In this document: positions 26,871-40,205 of the stretch, in pieces
Position numbering within the stretch: the first letter of the stretch is position 1
Layout of the letters: each line of letters begins with the position of its first letter
NCBI RefSeq assembly: GCF_004010195.1
Contig: NC_057754.1
Coordinates: forward strand, 7,684,695 to 7,748,694
Origin: Chiloscyllium plagiosum
Lineage: Eukaryota
DNA length: 64,000 bases
Direction of reading: 5' to 3'
The notes under the pieces: model-generated
What the model was told of the DNA's origin: nothing
The model's input: the letters and a program-made list of their open reading frames with translations, nothing else
Databases searched by the model: none
Made by a program: the position numbers and the translations under genes

Positions 26871-29107
26871 AACTAGCTAGACAAGCAGCCTCAAGAGGGG
26901 AATGAATGGCCTCTTCCTATGTTGCTATATCAGCTGGGATGTTAAAGCAATCTCCCCATCAGTCTCATAATGGTTGAGTTGAAATTCCTGCTGTATCCAT
27001 CGCTAGAGGAGCAGCCAGATAGTCTAATCTCACTCTTCGGCCATTGCTGGTCTCTGCTCAGAAGCAGTCTTTAATGGATAAGGAACGATCCTCCGTTAGA
27101 ATATTTTCTCTTCCTTCCCACCTCACTATCTTGCTTCCTCTGCGTTGGCTGAGGATTTTCTGCCAATTGCTAATGGTGAGTTGCCACATACTTATACCCT
27201 GCACCTTGTAATGAGGGACAGAAATCCTCTAGAAGGATTTGCATCATGAAAGTGGCAGCATTGTGCTCAGTATCCCTGTGAGTTGCTTAACTTGGGCATG
27301 ACCCTACCCATTAAACGCACCGCAGAAACATTGGGCTGGTATTTACGAGCTTAAGGAGCCTTTCAGTGAGAGTTTCATTCTCCTGCACTCTCGCTCAACC
27401 TCTCTAGCCCAGAAAATGAACTATTTCAACGGTAGACTGTCATTCCTGCAGGTAGGAAGTTGTTCTTATAGATTTCAGAAATTTTATTTCTGATGTTTGA
27501 ACTCTGAATTGACTCATTTTTTTTCCAGCCTCATTTCTCCTTGGTTTAAGGAGAGAGAAAATGGTGTCTCTATAAATCACTGAGGTTACAGTTGCCCTGC
27601 TCAATGTACTTTGAGCACCCTGCAGGCTTTTCAAGCTAAAGTTCAAAATTAATAATTCCAACTAAATGTTGAAAATTACATAGTTCACAAATATGGAATT
27701 AAATTCACTCCTTAGTATCCAAAATCCAATTGATTTGGATATTGAACGAACACCTTTGATTAGTTTAGTATTCTGGATTTTTTTCCAATCAACTTTAATC
27801 ATCTACTGTGGTGAGAATTGAACCCTTGCCCCCAGGACACTACTGGGGATTTCTTGAAGCACTAGTCCAGTGACATTACTATTAAGGCACTACCACCCCC
27901 CCCCCTCCACTATACAGTCCCTATTCCACTAGCTTGTCTTGTTGTTTAACTCTTTCCTGACTGTTCACAAGTTTTGTGTCATCTGCGAAGTTTAAGATCG
28001 TACATTAAGGTTTCTTGATCTACACGGACAGCAGAGGTTGTAGTACTGACCCCTGGAGAACCCTACTGCTGCACACCTTCTGAAAGACAACTGTTTCCCA
28101 CTGCTGTCTCTTTCCCTGTCACTCAGTCAACTTTGAATCCACACTGCGGCTGTCCCATTTATCCCCTGGGCTTTGACTTTGAGGTGTGCCCTTTGTAAGT
28201 CTATTTGGGACAAATTTAACCTCATCAACCCTCTCTGTTCCTTTGTCAGAAAACTCAGTCAAGTCTGCTGGACATTGGTTAGGCACACTTTGGGAATACT
28301 GTATTCGAATCTGGTCGCCCTGCTACAGGAAAGATGTTGTGAAACTTGAAAGGGTGCAGAAAACATTTACAAGGATGTTGCCGGGGTTTGAGCTATAGGG
28401 GGGGAGGCTGAGTAGGCTGGGGCTGTTTTCTCCATTTGCTGATCTGTGTTCAACAGCAGTCTTGACTAGATAAGGAATATTTTCTCTTCCTTCACGCCCT
28501 GCCATCTTGCTTTCTCTGGAGCACGAGGCTGAGGAGGTGAACTTCATAAAATCATGAGGGGCATGGAAACGGTGAACAGCTAAGGTCTTTTTTTCCCAGG
28601 GTAGGGGAGTCCAAAATTAGAGAGCACAGAGTCATAAAGATGTACAGCATGGAAACAGACCCTTCAGTCCAACCTGTCCATGCCGACCAGATATCCCAAC
28701 CCAATCTCGTCCCACCTGCCAGCACCGGGCTCATATCCCTCCAAACCCTTCCTATTCATATACCCATCCAAATGCCTCTTAAATGGTGCAATTGTACCAG
28801 CCTCCACCATTTCCTCTGGCAGCTCATTCCATACACGCACCACCCTCTGTGTGAAACAGTTGCCCCGTAGGTCTCTTTTATATCTTTCCCCTCTCACCCT
28901 AAACCTATGCCCTCTAGTTCTGGACTCCCTGACTCCAGGGAAAAGACCTTTGCCTATTTACCCTATCCATGCCCCTCATAATTTTGTAAAACATCTATAA
29001 GGTCTCCCCTCAGCCTCCGACGCTCCAGAGAAGGGACCTGAGGAGCAACTTTTTCTCGCAGAGGGTGGTGCTTGTCTGGAATGAGCTGCCAAAGGAAGTG
29101 GTGGAGT

Positions 29108-31405
29108 CAAAAAGTGTGGTGCTGGAAAAGCACAGCAAGTTAGGAGGCATCCAAGGTAAGGGGTGATGGTGATAGGTTGGAGCAGCTAGGTGGGAAGGAA
29201 GATGGACAGGTAGGACAGGTGAAGAGTGCGGTGCCGACTTGAAGGGGTTGGATCGGGGAATGAGGAAACTGGTGAAATCGACATTGATGTCGTGTGGTTG
29301 GAAGTTCCCAAGGCAGAAGATGAGGTGTTCTTCCTCCAGGCATCAGATGGCTATGATTGGCGATGGAGGAGGCCGAGGACTTGCATGTCCTTGGCGCAGT
29401 GGGAGGGGGAGTTGAAGTGGTCAGCAACAGGATGGTGGGGTTGTTTGGTGTGTCTATCCTGGAGATGTTCTCTGAAACATTCCGCACGTTGGCGTCCTGT
29501 CTCCCCAATGTAGATCAGACCACATCGAGAGCAACGGACACAGTAGATGAGGTGTTTGGATGTGCAGGAAAATCTCTGCCGAATGTGGAAGGATCCTTTG
29601 GGGCCTTGGATGGAGGTGGGGAGGAGGTGTAGGTGCAGGTTTTACACCACTTGCAGTGGCAAGGCAAGGGGCCGGGTGAGGACGGTGGGTTGGTGGGGGG
29701 GCATCGGTGGGTTGGTGGGGGGCATGGATCTAATGAGGGAGTTGTGGAGGGAATAGTCTCTGCGGAATGCTGAAAGGGGTGGAGAGGGAAATATGTCTCT
29801 GGTGGTGGGGTCTGACTGTAGATGGTGGAGGATGATGCATTGCGCCTGGAGATTGGTGGGGTGGAAGGTGAGGACTAGGGGCCTTCTATCCTTGTTGCGG
29901 TTGGAGGGGTAGGGTTCAAGGGCGGTGATGCAGGAAGTGGAGGAGATGCGCTGGAGGGCACTGTTGACCACATGGGGGGTGAACTTGCGGTCCTTATAGG
30001 AGGAGGCCATCTGGGATATTCTGGAGTGGAATTGCTCCTCCTGGGAGCAGAGGCGGTGGAGGCAGAGGAATTGGGAGTAAGGGATCGCGTTCCTACAGGA
30101 GGAGGGGTGGGAGGAGGTGTAGTCCCGGCAGCTGTGGAAGTCGGTGAGTTTTAAGTAGATGTCCGTGCTGAGTCTCCACTGGAAATGGAGACAGAGAGGT
30201 TCAGGAAGGAGAGGGAGATGTCCAAGATGGTCCAAGTGAACTTGAGGTCAGGGTGGATGGTGTTCGTGAAGTCGATGAACTGTTCGACCTCCTCATGGGA
30301 GCACGAGATGACATCAATACAGTCATCAATGAAGCAGAGGAAAAGGTAGGGAATAGAGCCAGTGTAACTATGGAAGATGGACTGTTCCATGTACTAAACG
30401 AAGAGGCAGGCAGAGCTGGGGCCCATGCAGGTGTCCATGGCTACCCCTCCTTCTGCAGGAAATGGAAGGACTCGAAGGAGAAATTGTTACGGGTGAGGAC
30501 CAGTTCAGCTAATTGAATGAGTATGTCAGTGGAAGGGTACTGGTTGGGTCGGCGGGAGAGGAAGAAACGGAGGGCTTGGAGGCCTTCATCTTGGCAGATG
30601 GACGTGTACAGGGTCTGGATGTCCATGGTGAAGATAAGGCAGCGGGGGCTGAGAAACCGAGTCATGGTGGACATGGAGGGTGTGGGCGGTATTCTGAATG
30701 TATGTGGGGAGATCCTGGCCCAAGGGGGACAGGACGGTGTCAAGGTATGAGGAGATACGGTTCAGTGGGGCAGAAGCAGATGGACACAATGGGTCGACTG
30801 GGGCATTTTGGGTAAGAGATAGAGCTGGGTGGTGTGGGGTTCCTGGACTGTGAGCGAAGAGGCTGTGGTTGGGAGATCCCCTGAGGCAAAGTGGTTGTGG
30901 ATGGTCTGGGACTGATAGTTTGGTGATGGGAGGTGAGGTTGTGGTCGAAGAGGTGCAATCCAGGTAGCTGTGGGAGTCGGTGGGTTTGAAGCAGTTGTCC
31001 GTGTTGAGTTGGTCGCTGGAAATGGTCGGAGTAGGAGGAGGTGTCCATGGGTTGGCGCCTGGCTTCAGCCGTGTATAAGTCGTTGCGCTAAACTACCACT
31101 GGGCCTCCACCCTTGTCTGCTGATTTGATGGTGAGGTTAGGGTTGGAGCGGAGGGAGTTGGGCTGCACATTGCGAGGGTGAGAGGTTGGAGTGATTGAGA
31201 GGGGTGGACAGGTTGAGGTGGTCAATGTCACGGTGGCAGTTGGAGATGAAGAGATCGAGGGTGGGTAACAGATCGGCATGGGGTGCCCAAGTGGATGGGA
31301 TACATTGGAGGCAAGCGAAGGGGGTTCTCGAAGGATAGGTGGGAGTCCTGATGGAAAAGGTAAGCATGGAGGTGGATGCAACGGAAGAAAAATGCGATGT
31401 CACAA
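29108..31405 (-). mobile_element. Penelope-like element (RT + GIY-YIG), decayed
   Basis: Fragments RPIVS, FTMDIQTLYTSI, VLTRNNFSF..FLQ, FIDDCI, AIPYSQFL and PLVLTFHP, plus the C-terminal endonuclease region; nested inside a CR1 3' end. Confidence 0.88.
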
Positions 31406-31574
31406 CGTGTGTGGAAGCTGGTACAACTGCAACATTTAAAATGCATCTGGATGGGTATATGAATGGGAAGGTTTCAGAGAGAAAAGGGCCCAAATGCTGG
31501 CAAATGGGACTAGATTAATTTCGGATATCTGGTCGGCATGGTTGAGTTGAACCGAAGTGTCTGTTTCTGTATGG

Positions 31575-31801
31575 AAGTGGGTACTGCAGATGCTGGAGAT
31601 TGGAGTCATGATTAGAGTGGTGCTGGAAAAGCACACCAGGTCAGGCAGCATCTGAGGAGCAGGAAAATCGACATTTCGGGCAAAAGCCCTTGATCAGGAT
31701 GAAGGCCTGATGAAGGGCTTTTGCCCGAAATGTCGATTTTCCTGCTCCTCAGATGATGCCTGACCTGCTGTGCTTTTCCAGCACCACTCTAATCTTGACT
31801 C
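31575..31801. mobile_element. Fold-back hammerhead-family insertion
   Basis: Inverted arms; CTGATGA-A-GGGC-tttt-GCCC-GAAA-TGTC at 31707-31734. Confidence 0.8.
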
Positions 31802-33341
31802 TGTGTCTGTTGCTGTGCTGTACATCTCTATAGCTGCACCTGCCTTTAACCTCATCGATCCTCTCTGTTCCTTTGTCAGAAAACTCAGTCATGTCGCTGT
31901 TTTGCCTTCAACTAATCTGACCCAGCTTTCCCGTTGGAACCAAGCGAACAGTTAATTATGTCCCGGCTTATCAAGGACTCCTCCAACCACGGAAGTTAAA
32001 AGTCCTGCCCTTTTGACCGGTGTGCTTGTCCCTCACCAGCCCTCTAACAGTTCTCCAAGTCCTCTCACATGGCCCTCCTATGTATAGAGGATGGGAAGGT
32101 TAAGGTCAGTGTCTCTGCCAATCTCAAGGTGACTGCCATCCAGGCAGACTTTAGATCCCTGCTCTTAACTAATTGTAAACCCCATCCCGTTTCTCAAACG
32201 CCACAAGTTGGTTGGTGTTTACACCCTTGGTCAAGGCAGTTGCAAAGTGCACATTGAGTGCTTCAGATGTGCTGTGTGCCTCTACCTATCAGGTCCTTCA
32301 TCTGTTTCCCTCTTCAACTGCAGCCCTTCCCAGTACCACAGTTTTACTATGTAACTAAAACGTGTGCTTATGAACAAGCTTGTGTTGGATATGTTTGCTC
32401 TTTCCAACCATCATAATGAAGGAATACTAAATTAACACGGTGAAGGCTTGCCCAAGATCACCCTGGACCGTAAACTGGTCTCAGCGTTTGTTTCTTACAG
32501 AATCCAACTTTAGTTCTGCAGATGTGTTTCTGTTCTTTGTTCCTGATTCTAAGCAGGCAGTCCATTCTGGGAATGTATTGCAGAGAGGTATTTCTGAGAA
32601 TTTTAAAAGGCGACGGTCATTTCGAACCAACCTTCCACATCTTGGGATTTACTCGAGGGATTCGATTTTCTCTGTCACATTCTTCCGGGCAAAGATCGCT
32701 TTCTGCTGTCAGTGTTAAAATGGAGAGATTCTCCCCCCCCCAGCCACCCCAAGCTGGACAGCGCCCAAGAGGACTTTCTTAAAGAAAATGTAACAGCAGG
32801 GAGGTAGTTGCTATTAATCAGTGTAGCAAAGGGATGAATAATCATTTCTGATCGTGCCAGTTGGTTTTGCCTGGTTTAACCCCAAATGTGATACGGTACA
32901 TACCACGCTATGACCTCCCCCACCCCCTGTCCTGACTTGGAAATATATCCGTCACTGTTGCTGCTTCAAAATCCTGGAATTCCCTCCCTCATAGAGTCCT
33001 GCAAATAGCCCATCAAAAACAAATTCCCAACTCTTCTAATCCCATTTTGCAGCACTTGGCTCATAGTTCTGTAGGCCTTGTTCTTCGGGCTAAAAGGGTG
33101 GAAGGGAATGTTGAGTGACCAGTCTTGATCATACAGACTGGTGAAGCTAATAGAACTATACACAGACTGAAGGGACTGTACACATCTATGACTCTGAGAA
33201 AATGGCTCACCATCACCTCATCCAGGGCAATTATGGGATGGGCATATTCTGGATCTAGCCGGCAGCATTGACCTCCCATGAAAGAATATGTTTTTTAAAA
33301 AAGATAGGATAAAAGCTCCTATGGCTTCCGATCAGGAGGTG

Positions 33342-34145
33342 ACTCACATATACACAAGCTCTCACATGTGTACACACTCTCACATACACACTCTCACATG
33401 TATAGACTCTCACGTGTACGCACTCACACATACACACACTCATATGTGAATACACCCTCACACGTACACACTCTCATATGTACACACTCTCGTACTCAGA
33501 CTCTCACATATTCACACTCTCACATGTACACACACTAATGAAATCACTCTGACATGTACACACTGTCTCACATGTACTCACATTCTCACATGTACACACA
33601 TTCACATGTACGCACTTCCTCACATATACACATCCTCTCTCTTGGACATACTCACATGTACACACTTTCTCATGTACACAAACTTTCAAATATATACACA
33701 CTCTCACACGTACACACAATCTCACATATACATGCACCTTCACATCGACACTCACATGTACAGACACAATTATACACTCTCTCATATATATATATATATA
33801 TATACACTGTCTCACATGCACATACACTCTCACACATACACTCTCATGTACACATTCTCACATGTAAACTCACAAATGTACATGCACACTCACATTTACA
33901 CACTTTCACGTACACACTCTCACATGAACACTCTCACATAAGCACACTCTCATGTATGCACATTCTCATGTACACACACATGAACAAACTCTCACGTGTC
34001 TACACTCTCACATGTACACACACTCTCACGTGTATACAATCTCCCATGTACACACCTTCAAACATATATACTCTCTCATGTATACACTTTCACATCTACA
34101 CATACACTCACACATACACACACTGTCACATGTGCACACACCCAC
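33342..34145. repeat. Degenerate CA/TA/CT simple repeat
   Basis: Units resembling cacactctcacatgta. Confidence 0.9.
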
Positions 34146-34863
34146 TCAAATGGACACATACATCCCATTTCCAAGGCAGGGGGGATGTGGTGTGGGAGGG
34201 GAGCCCTTGTGACAATGTAAAAGATCCCAGATTTGGTCACCATCAGCACGTGGCAGTGTCTGCTTGCAATTTGGCCTTAACAGCACCCTCCAAACCCATT
34301 GGTGGCAGGGAGTCGGCCTTGAGAGACTAAGGAAAAGTAGAAGAATTTTATCTGGGAAAGGAAAAACAGGGGATTTCTCTCGGATCTCCAGCCAAAATGT
34401 ATCCCTCTTGGCCAAAAGAGGTTTGCTCACATTCCTTTTGCTTGTATTGTCAGTCCTTTTGAAGGTGAAAGAAACAGATCTAATGTGAATGCAGGATACT
34501 TCCACTGTTCTGAACCAAAGTTGAATTGTGAAATTTATTTCCAGTAACACTGTGCTGGTACTCTGCTGGAGCCCGAAAGAAATCAGTCAACGTGGTTTTG
34601 AAATTTTAGACTGTTCCTCAACGCCTCCAAAGGCTTTCCTTTTGTGAGTGGGGGAGACTGAGCTTTCCTATCTCCTGAGGGATGTGTTTCCACATCTACC
34701 ACCACCTCCCCAAACAGCTTGGCTCCCATTTTAAGATTCTGCCCATCCCTCCACCCTTGTTCTGGACCCTTCCCCATCATCAGAGGAAATAGGGTCACTG
34801 AAGAAAAACTGCTTCAATCATCTTAAACCCCTCGATTACACCATCCCCTTAATCTTCCCCATT

Positions 34864-35612
34864 CATAGAGTTGTACAGCTTGGAAACAGACCGTTCTGCC
34901 CAACCCGTCCATGCTGACCAGATATCCTAAATTAATCTAGTCCCATTTGCCAGCATTTGGCTCCTATCTCTCTAAGCCCTTTCTATCCATGTACCCATCC
35001 AGATGCCTTTTAAATGTTGTAATTGTACAATCCTCCACCACTTCCTCTGGCAGCTCATTCCATACACACACCACCCTCTGGGTGAAAAGGTTGCCCATTA
35101 GATCTCTTTTAAATCCTTCCCCTCTCATCTTAAGCCTACGCCCTCTACTTTTGGACTCCCCCACACAGGGGAAAATACCTTGTCTATTTATCCCATCCAT
35201 GCCCTTCATAATTTTATAAACCTCTATAAGGTCACCCCTCAGCCTCCGATGCGCCAGGGAAACCAGCCCCAGCCTGTTCAGCCTCTCCCTATAGGTTAAG
35301 TCCTCCAGCCCTGGCAACATCCTTGTAAATCCTTTCTGAACCCTTTCAAGTTTAACAGCATGATATCTATAGCAGGGAGATTAGAATTGAATGCAGTATT
35401 CCAAAAGTGGCCTTTGTCCAGTCCAGTATAGCCACAGTATGACCTCCTAACTCCTACACTCAATGCACTGACCAATAAAGGCAAGCACACCAAACACCTT
35501 CTTCACCGCCCTGTCTACCTGTGACTCCACCTTCAAGGAACCAAGAACCTGCTGCCCAAGATCTCTTTGTTCAGTAACACTCCCCAGGACCATACCATTA
35601 AATGTATAAGTC
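34864..35612 (-). mobile_element. CR1 3' fragment
   Basis: MLPGLEDLTYRERLNRLGL..RGDLIEVYKI..FTQRVVCVWNELP. Confidence 0.9.
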
Positions 35613-36439
35613 CACTTGAGGGACCACGAGTCCAGCCTCTTCACCTCCTGGGTCTTTCTGGGTGATGTTGTACTGAAGCCCCTCTGATACCTTGCCCGTT
35701 GCCTGAAAGATGGCACCTCTAACACTTCTTGAAGTTTGGGCCTGGATTAGTCGCTCAGATCTATAGATTGGGGCATGAATTGATGATCTTCCAATTCGGA
35801 GACTATTATGAGGATTAAGCCCATGGCAGCCATGACTAATGCCCCTCCCCCCACCTTGAAAGCAAACCCATTAACTTCGTCCCGTTACAAATACCGATTG
35901 ATACAGGACTGTGGGAGGGAGAACAGGACTGTGTGTATAATTTGGGGATTAATTCAGGGCTTTGGAGAGGGTGTGGGCAGAGGGATAACCTTGAAGATTA
36001 ATACCAGGGTAGGGGGGAGAGAACGGAGCAGATTTTTTTTGTTATTCACTGTGAGGATGTTGGCTTTGCTGGCTGGGCCAGTATTTATTGCCCTGTCCCT
36101 AGATGTCCCTTGAGAAGCTGCCTTCTTGAACCACTGCAGTCCAGGTGCTATAGGTTGACCCGCAATGCCCTGAGGGAGGGAATTCCAGGATTTTGACCCA
36201 GCGACAGTGGTGATATATTTCCAAGTCGGGATGGTAAATGGCTTGGAGGGGAAGTGCTCGTGGGTTTGGAAAGTGTGTCTAAGGATCTTTGAAGAATTTC
36301 TGCAGTGCATCTTTGTTTAGCAACACTCTGCTGCTACTGAGTAAGAGTGGTGGAAGGGGTGGATGTGGTACTGGTCAAGTGGGGCTGCTTTGCTCTGAAG
36401 AGTCATAGAATCATACAGCACAGAGCCAGGTCATTTGGC

Positions 36440-38385
36440 CCAAACTGATCTCAGCTATCTGTCGGAATAACAGGGTGGTTATGGTAGGGGAGTTTAACTT
36501 TCCAAACATACACTGGGACTGCCATAGTGTTAAGGGTTCAGATGGAGACGAACTTGTTAAGTGTGTCCAAGACAATTTTCTGATTCAGTATGTGGATGTA
36601 CCTACGAGAGAAGGTGCAAAACGTGACCTACTCTTGGGAAATAAGGCTGGGCAGGAGACTGAGGTGTCACTGGGGGAGCACTTTGGGGCCAGCAACCATA
36701 ATTCTATTAGATGTAAAATCGTGATGGAAAAGGATAGGCCGGATCGAAAAGTTGAGGTTCTAAATTGGAGGAAGGCTAATTTTGATGGTATTGGGCAAGA
36801 ATTTTCAAAAGCTGATTGGGGGCAGATGTTCACAGATAAAGGGATGGCTGGAAAACGGGAAGCCTTCAAAAATGACATAACAAGACTCCAGAGACAGTAT
36901 ATTCCTGTCAGGGTGAAAGGGAAGGCTGGTAGGTATAGGGAATACTGGATGACTAAAGAAATTGAGGGTTTGGTTAAGAAAAAGAAGGAAGCATATGTAA
37001 GGTATAGACAGGATAGAGCGAGTGAATCCTTAGAAGAATATAAACTTGATGGAGTTTTTTGAAGAAGTAACAAAGAGGATTGATGAGGTAGAGAGTCCAT
37101 GATCTATATGGACTTCAGTAGGGCATTTGACAAGGTCCCCCATGGGAGACTGGTTACCTGTAGTGGACAGCGAAGAGGGTTACCTCAGATTACAACAGGA
37201 TCTTGACCAGATGGGCCAATGGGCTGAGAAGTGGCAGATGGAGTTTAATTTAGATAAATGCGAGGTGCTGCATTTTGGGAAAGCAAATCTTAGCAGGACT
37301 TATACACTTAATGGTAAGGTCCTGGGGAATGTTGCTGAACAAAGAGACCTTGGAGTGCAGGTTCATAGGTCCTTGAAAGTGGGGTCGCAGGTAGATAGGA
37401 TAGTGAAGAAGGCGTTTGGTATGCTTTCCTTTATTGGTCAGTGTATTGAGTATAGGATTGGGAGCCATGTTGCGGGTGTACAGGATATTGGTTAGGCCAC
37501 TTTTGGAATATTGCGTGCAATTCTGGTCTCCTTCCTATCGGAAAGATGTTGTGAAACTTGAAAGGGTTCAGAAAAGATTTACAAGGATATTGCCAAGTTT
37601 GGAGGATTTGAACTATAGACAGAGGTTGAATAGGCTGGGGCTGTTTTCCCTGAATCGTCAGAGGCTGAGGGTGACTTTATAGAAGTTTTTAAAATCATGA
37701 AGGGCGTGGATAGGGTAAATAGACAAAGTTTTTACCCTGGGGTGGGGGAGTCCAGTAGTAGAGTGCATAGGTTTAGGGTGAGAGTGGAAAGGTATAAAAG
37801 AGACCTAAGGGGCAACTTTTTCATGCAGAGGATGGTATGTGTATAATTAGATTAGATTCCCTACAGTATGGAAACAGGCCATTTGGCCCAACAAGTCGAC
37901 ATCGACCCTCTGAAGAGGAACCCACCCAGACCCATTCCCCTACCCTACATATATTCCTGACTAATGTACCTAACACTACGGGCAATTTAGCATGGCCAAT
38001 TCACCTGACCTGCACATCTTTGGACTGTGGGAGGAAACCGGAGCACCCGGAGGAAACCCACGCAGACACGGGGAGAATGTGCAAACTCCACACAGACAGT
38101 CGCCCGAGGTTGGAATTGAACCTGGATCACTGGTGCTGTGAGGCAGCAGTGCTAACCACTGAGCCCTGCGCTGCCCACGTATGGAATGAGTTGCCAGAGG
38201 AGGAGGTGGAGGCTAGTAAAATTGCAACATTTAAAAGGCATCTGGATGGGGACATGAATAGGGAGGTTTGGAGGAATATAGGCCGGATGGTGGTCGGTGG
38301 GACTAGATTGGGTTGGGATGTCTGGTCGGCATGGACGGGTTGGACCGAAAGGTCTGTTTCCGCGCTGTATATCTCTATGACTATG
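36440..38385 (+). mobile_element. Internally deleted CR1 (APE endonuclease part + RT C-terminus + 3' UTR), interrupted by a SINE
   Basis: GEFNFPNIHW..QYVDVPTREGAKRDLLL..GASNH (endonuclease), DFSRAFDKVP, LQQDLD..WQMEFNLDKCEVLHFG. Confidence 0.9.
37847..38177 (-). mobile_element. V-SINE inserted in a CR1
   Basis: Full-length copy; the CR1 sequence resumes at gtatggaatgag. Confidence 0.85.
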
Positions 38386-39000
38386 GTCAATGCTAGCCAA
38401 TTGTCCGTCTGTACTAACCCCAGTTCCCTGCACTTGGCCCACATCCTCCTAATCCAAGCTTCTTGAGTGTTGTTGAGCGATCTATCCAGGGCATATGGGG
38501 AGTATCCACCACACTCCTGACTTGTGCCTTGTGGATGATGGATAGGCCTTGGGGAGTCAGGAGAGGAGTCACTCGCCACAGTATTCCTAACCTCTGACCT
38601 GCTTTGTAACCATTGTCTGACTCAAAAAACATTTTCTAACATTTGTATTGTATCTCTTAGCCTCTCTTATTTCTGGCTGAATCAGGCTTATTAAGATTGA
38701 CTGGAAACAGGATTTGAGAGTCTCTGCTGCGCTCTGCAAAGTTAGTCAGAGGTTTCTGAAAGGAAGTTGTAAAAGGATTAAGTGAAAGTTGTAAACATAT
38801 AAGCACTTGTTGAAACAGGGAGTTAACACTACAAAGTACACTGGCAGCTACAGAGTCTGAGTGAAGATTAAGTTGTGTACAAGTACTATAGGCATAAAGT
38901 GAGCTAAAAGCTGTCAAACAAGAAAGACTACTATACCAAATTTACAGTATTAAAGGCCATTTAGCCAATCAGGTTTGTGCTGTTTTTTTGAGAAGAACAA

Positions 39001-39512
39001 TCCAAACTAATCCCACTGCCCCGCTCTCTCCCCATAGCCCTGTATCGATCCCCAAACTAATCCCACTGCCCCGCTCTCTCCCCATAGCCCTGTATCGATC
39101 CCCAAACTAATCCCACTGCCCCGTTCACTCACACAACAGCCCAGTATCGATCTTCAAATTAATCCCACTGCCCCGCTCTCCCCCATCGCCCTGTATCAAT
39201 CTCCAAACTAATCCTACTGAAACCGGTCTCTCCCCCCTTAGCCCTGTATCACTCCCCAAACTAATCCCACTGCAACCGGTCTCTCCCCGTATCAATGCCC
39301 AAACTAATCCCAATGCTCCGCTCTCTCCCCGTATCGCAGTATCAAATCCCAAACTAATCCCACCGCCCCACTCTCTCCCCATGGCCCTGTATCAATCCCC
39401 AAACTAATCCCACTGCCCTGCTCTCTCCCCATGGCCCTGTATCAATCCCCAAACTAATCCCACTGCCCTGCTCTCTCCCCATAGCTCAGGATCAATCTCC
39501 AAACTACTCCCC
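39001..39512. repeat. ~50-bp minisatellite
   Basis: ccccaaactaatcccactgccccgctctctccccatagccctgtatcgat, ~10 diverged copies. Confidence 0.9.
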
Positions 39513-39887
39513 TAGCAAAATTGGAATTATTGGATGTCTGCGCAAACTCTCCACTAGCGAGTTGGAGATGTGAGACAAGTACAGGTCCTTCCTGTGTGAA
39601 ATTATTGATGTGTAGCCCCTGCAGGCCACTGAATATAAAATTCTTATCTGTAACAACGTGTAATTATGATGCCCCTGCAGTCAAATAGCCACCTCGTGCA
39701 CACTGTCAAGTTGTGATAATCAGTCTTGAGTGGGTACACCTCTTTGCCAGGTCTAAGTGCAGTCTTCTATCCCACTATAACCCAACCCAACACTGCCAGG
39801 GCCTGACATCTGCACAGAATAGACTGATGTGACTTTGGACTGAGACCACATGGTGCACTAAGCCAATGCCAGCTAATCATTTATCCT

Positions 39888-40205
39888 GATTAGATTAGAT
39901 TAGATTACTTACAGTGTGGAAACAGGCCTTTCGGCCCAACAAGTCCACACCAACCCTTCAAAGAGCAATCCACCCAGACCCATTCCCCTACATTTACCCT
40001 TTCACCTAACACTACGGGCAATTTAGCATGGCCAATTCACCTAACCTGTACACCTTTGGACTGTGGAGGAAACTGGAGCACCCAGAGGAAACCCACACAG
40101 ACACGGGGAGAATGTGCAAACTCCACACAGACAGTTGCCCGAGCCGGGAATTGAACCCGGGTCCCTGGCACTGTGAGGCAGCAGTACTAACCACCGTGCC
40201 GCCCA
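39888..40205 (-). mobile_element. V-SINE
   Basis: Full-length copy with a (ttaga)n tail. Confidence 0.85.

Larger units (their letters stand above)
28262..31844 (+). mobile_element. CR1 3' insertion split by nested elements (inverted CR1 at 28626-29030, Penelope, fold-back element)
   Basis: CR1 pieces at ~28265-28625, ~29030-29107, ~31408-31570 and ~31805-31830 are colinear; the block is flanked by a 47-bp direct repeat. Confidence 0.7.

Noticed and set aside
27505..27522. TGACTCA AP-1/AICE-like site
   Set aside because: Single imperfect motif 15 kb from the gene; expected by chance.
33504..34330. His/Thr-rich 258-aa ORF and overlapping ORFs
   Set aside because: Translation of a degenerate CA/TA microsatellite.
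34350..34400. GDFSR resembling CDC25 LIGDFSK
   Set aside because: Five-residue match only; no rhodanese-domain motifs were found.
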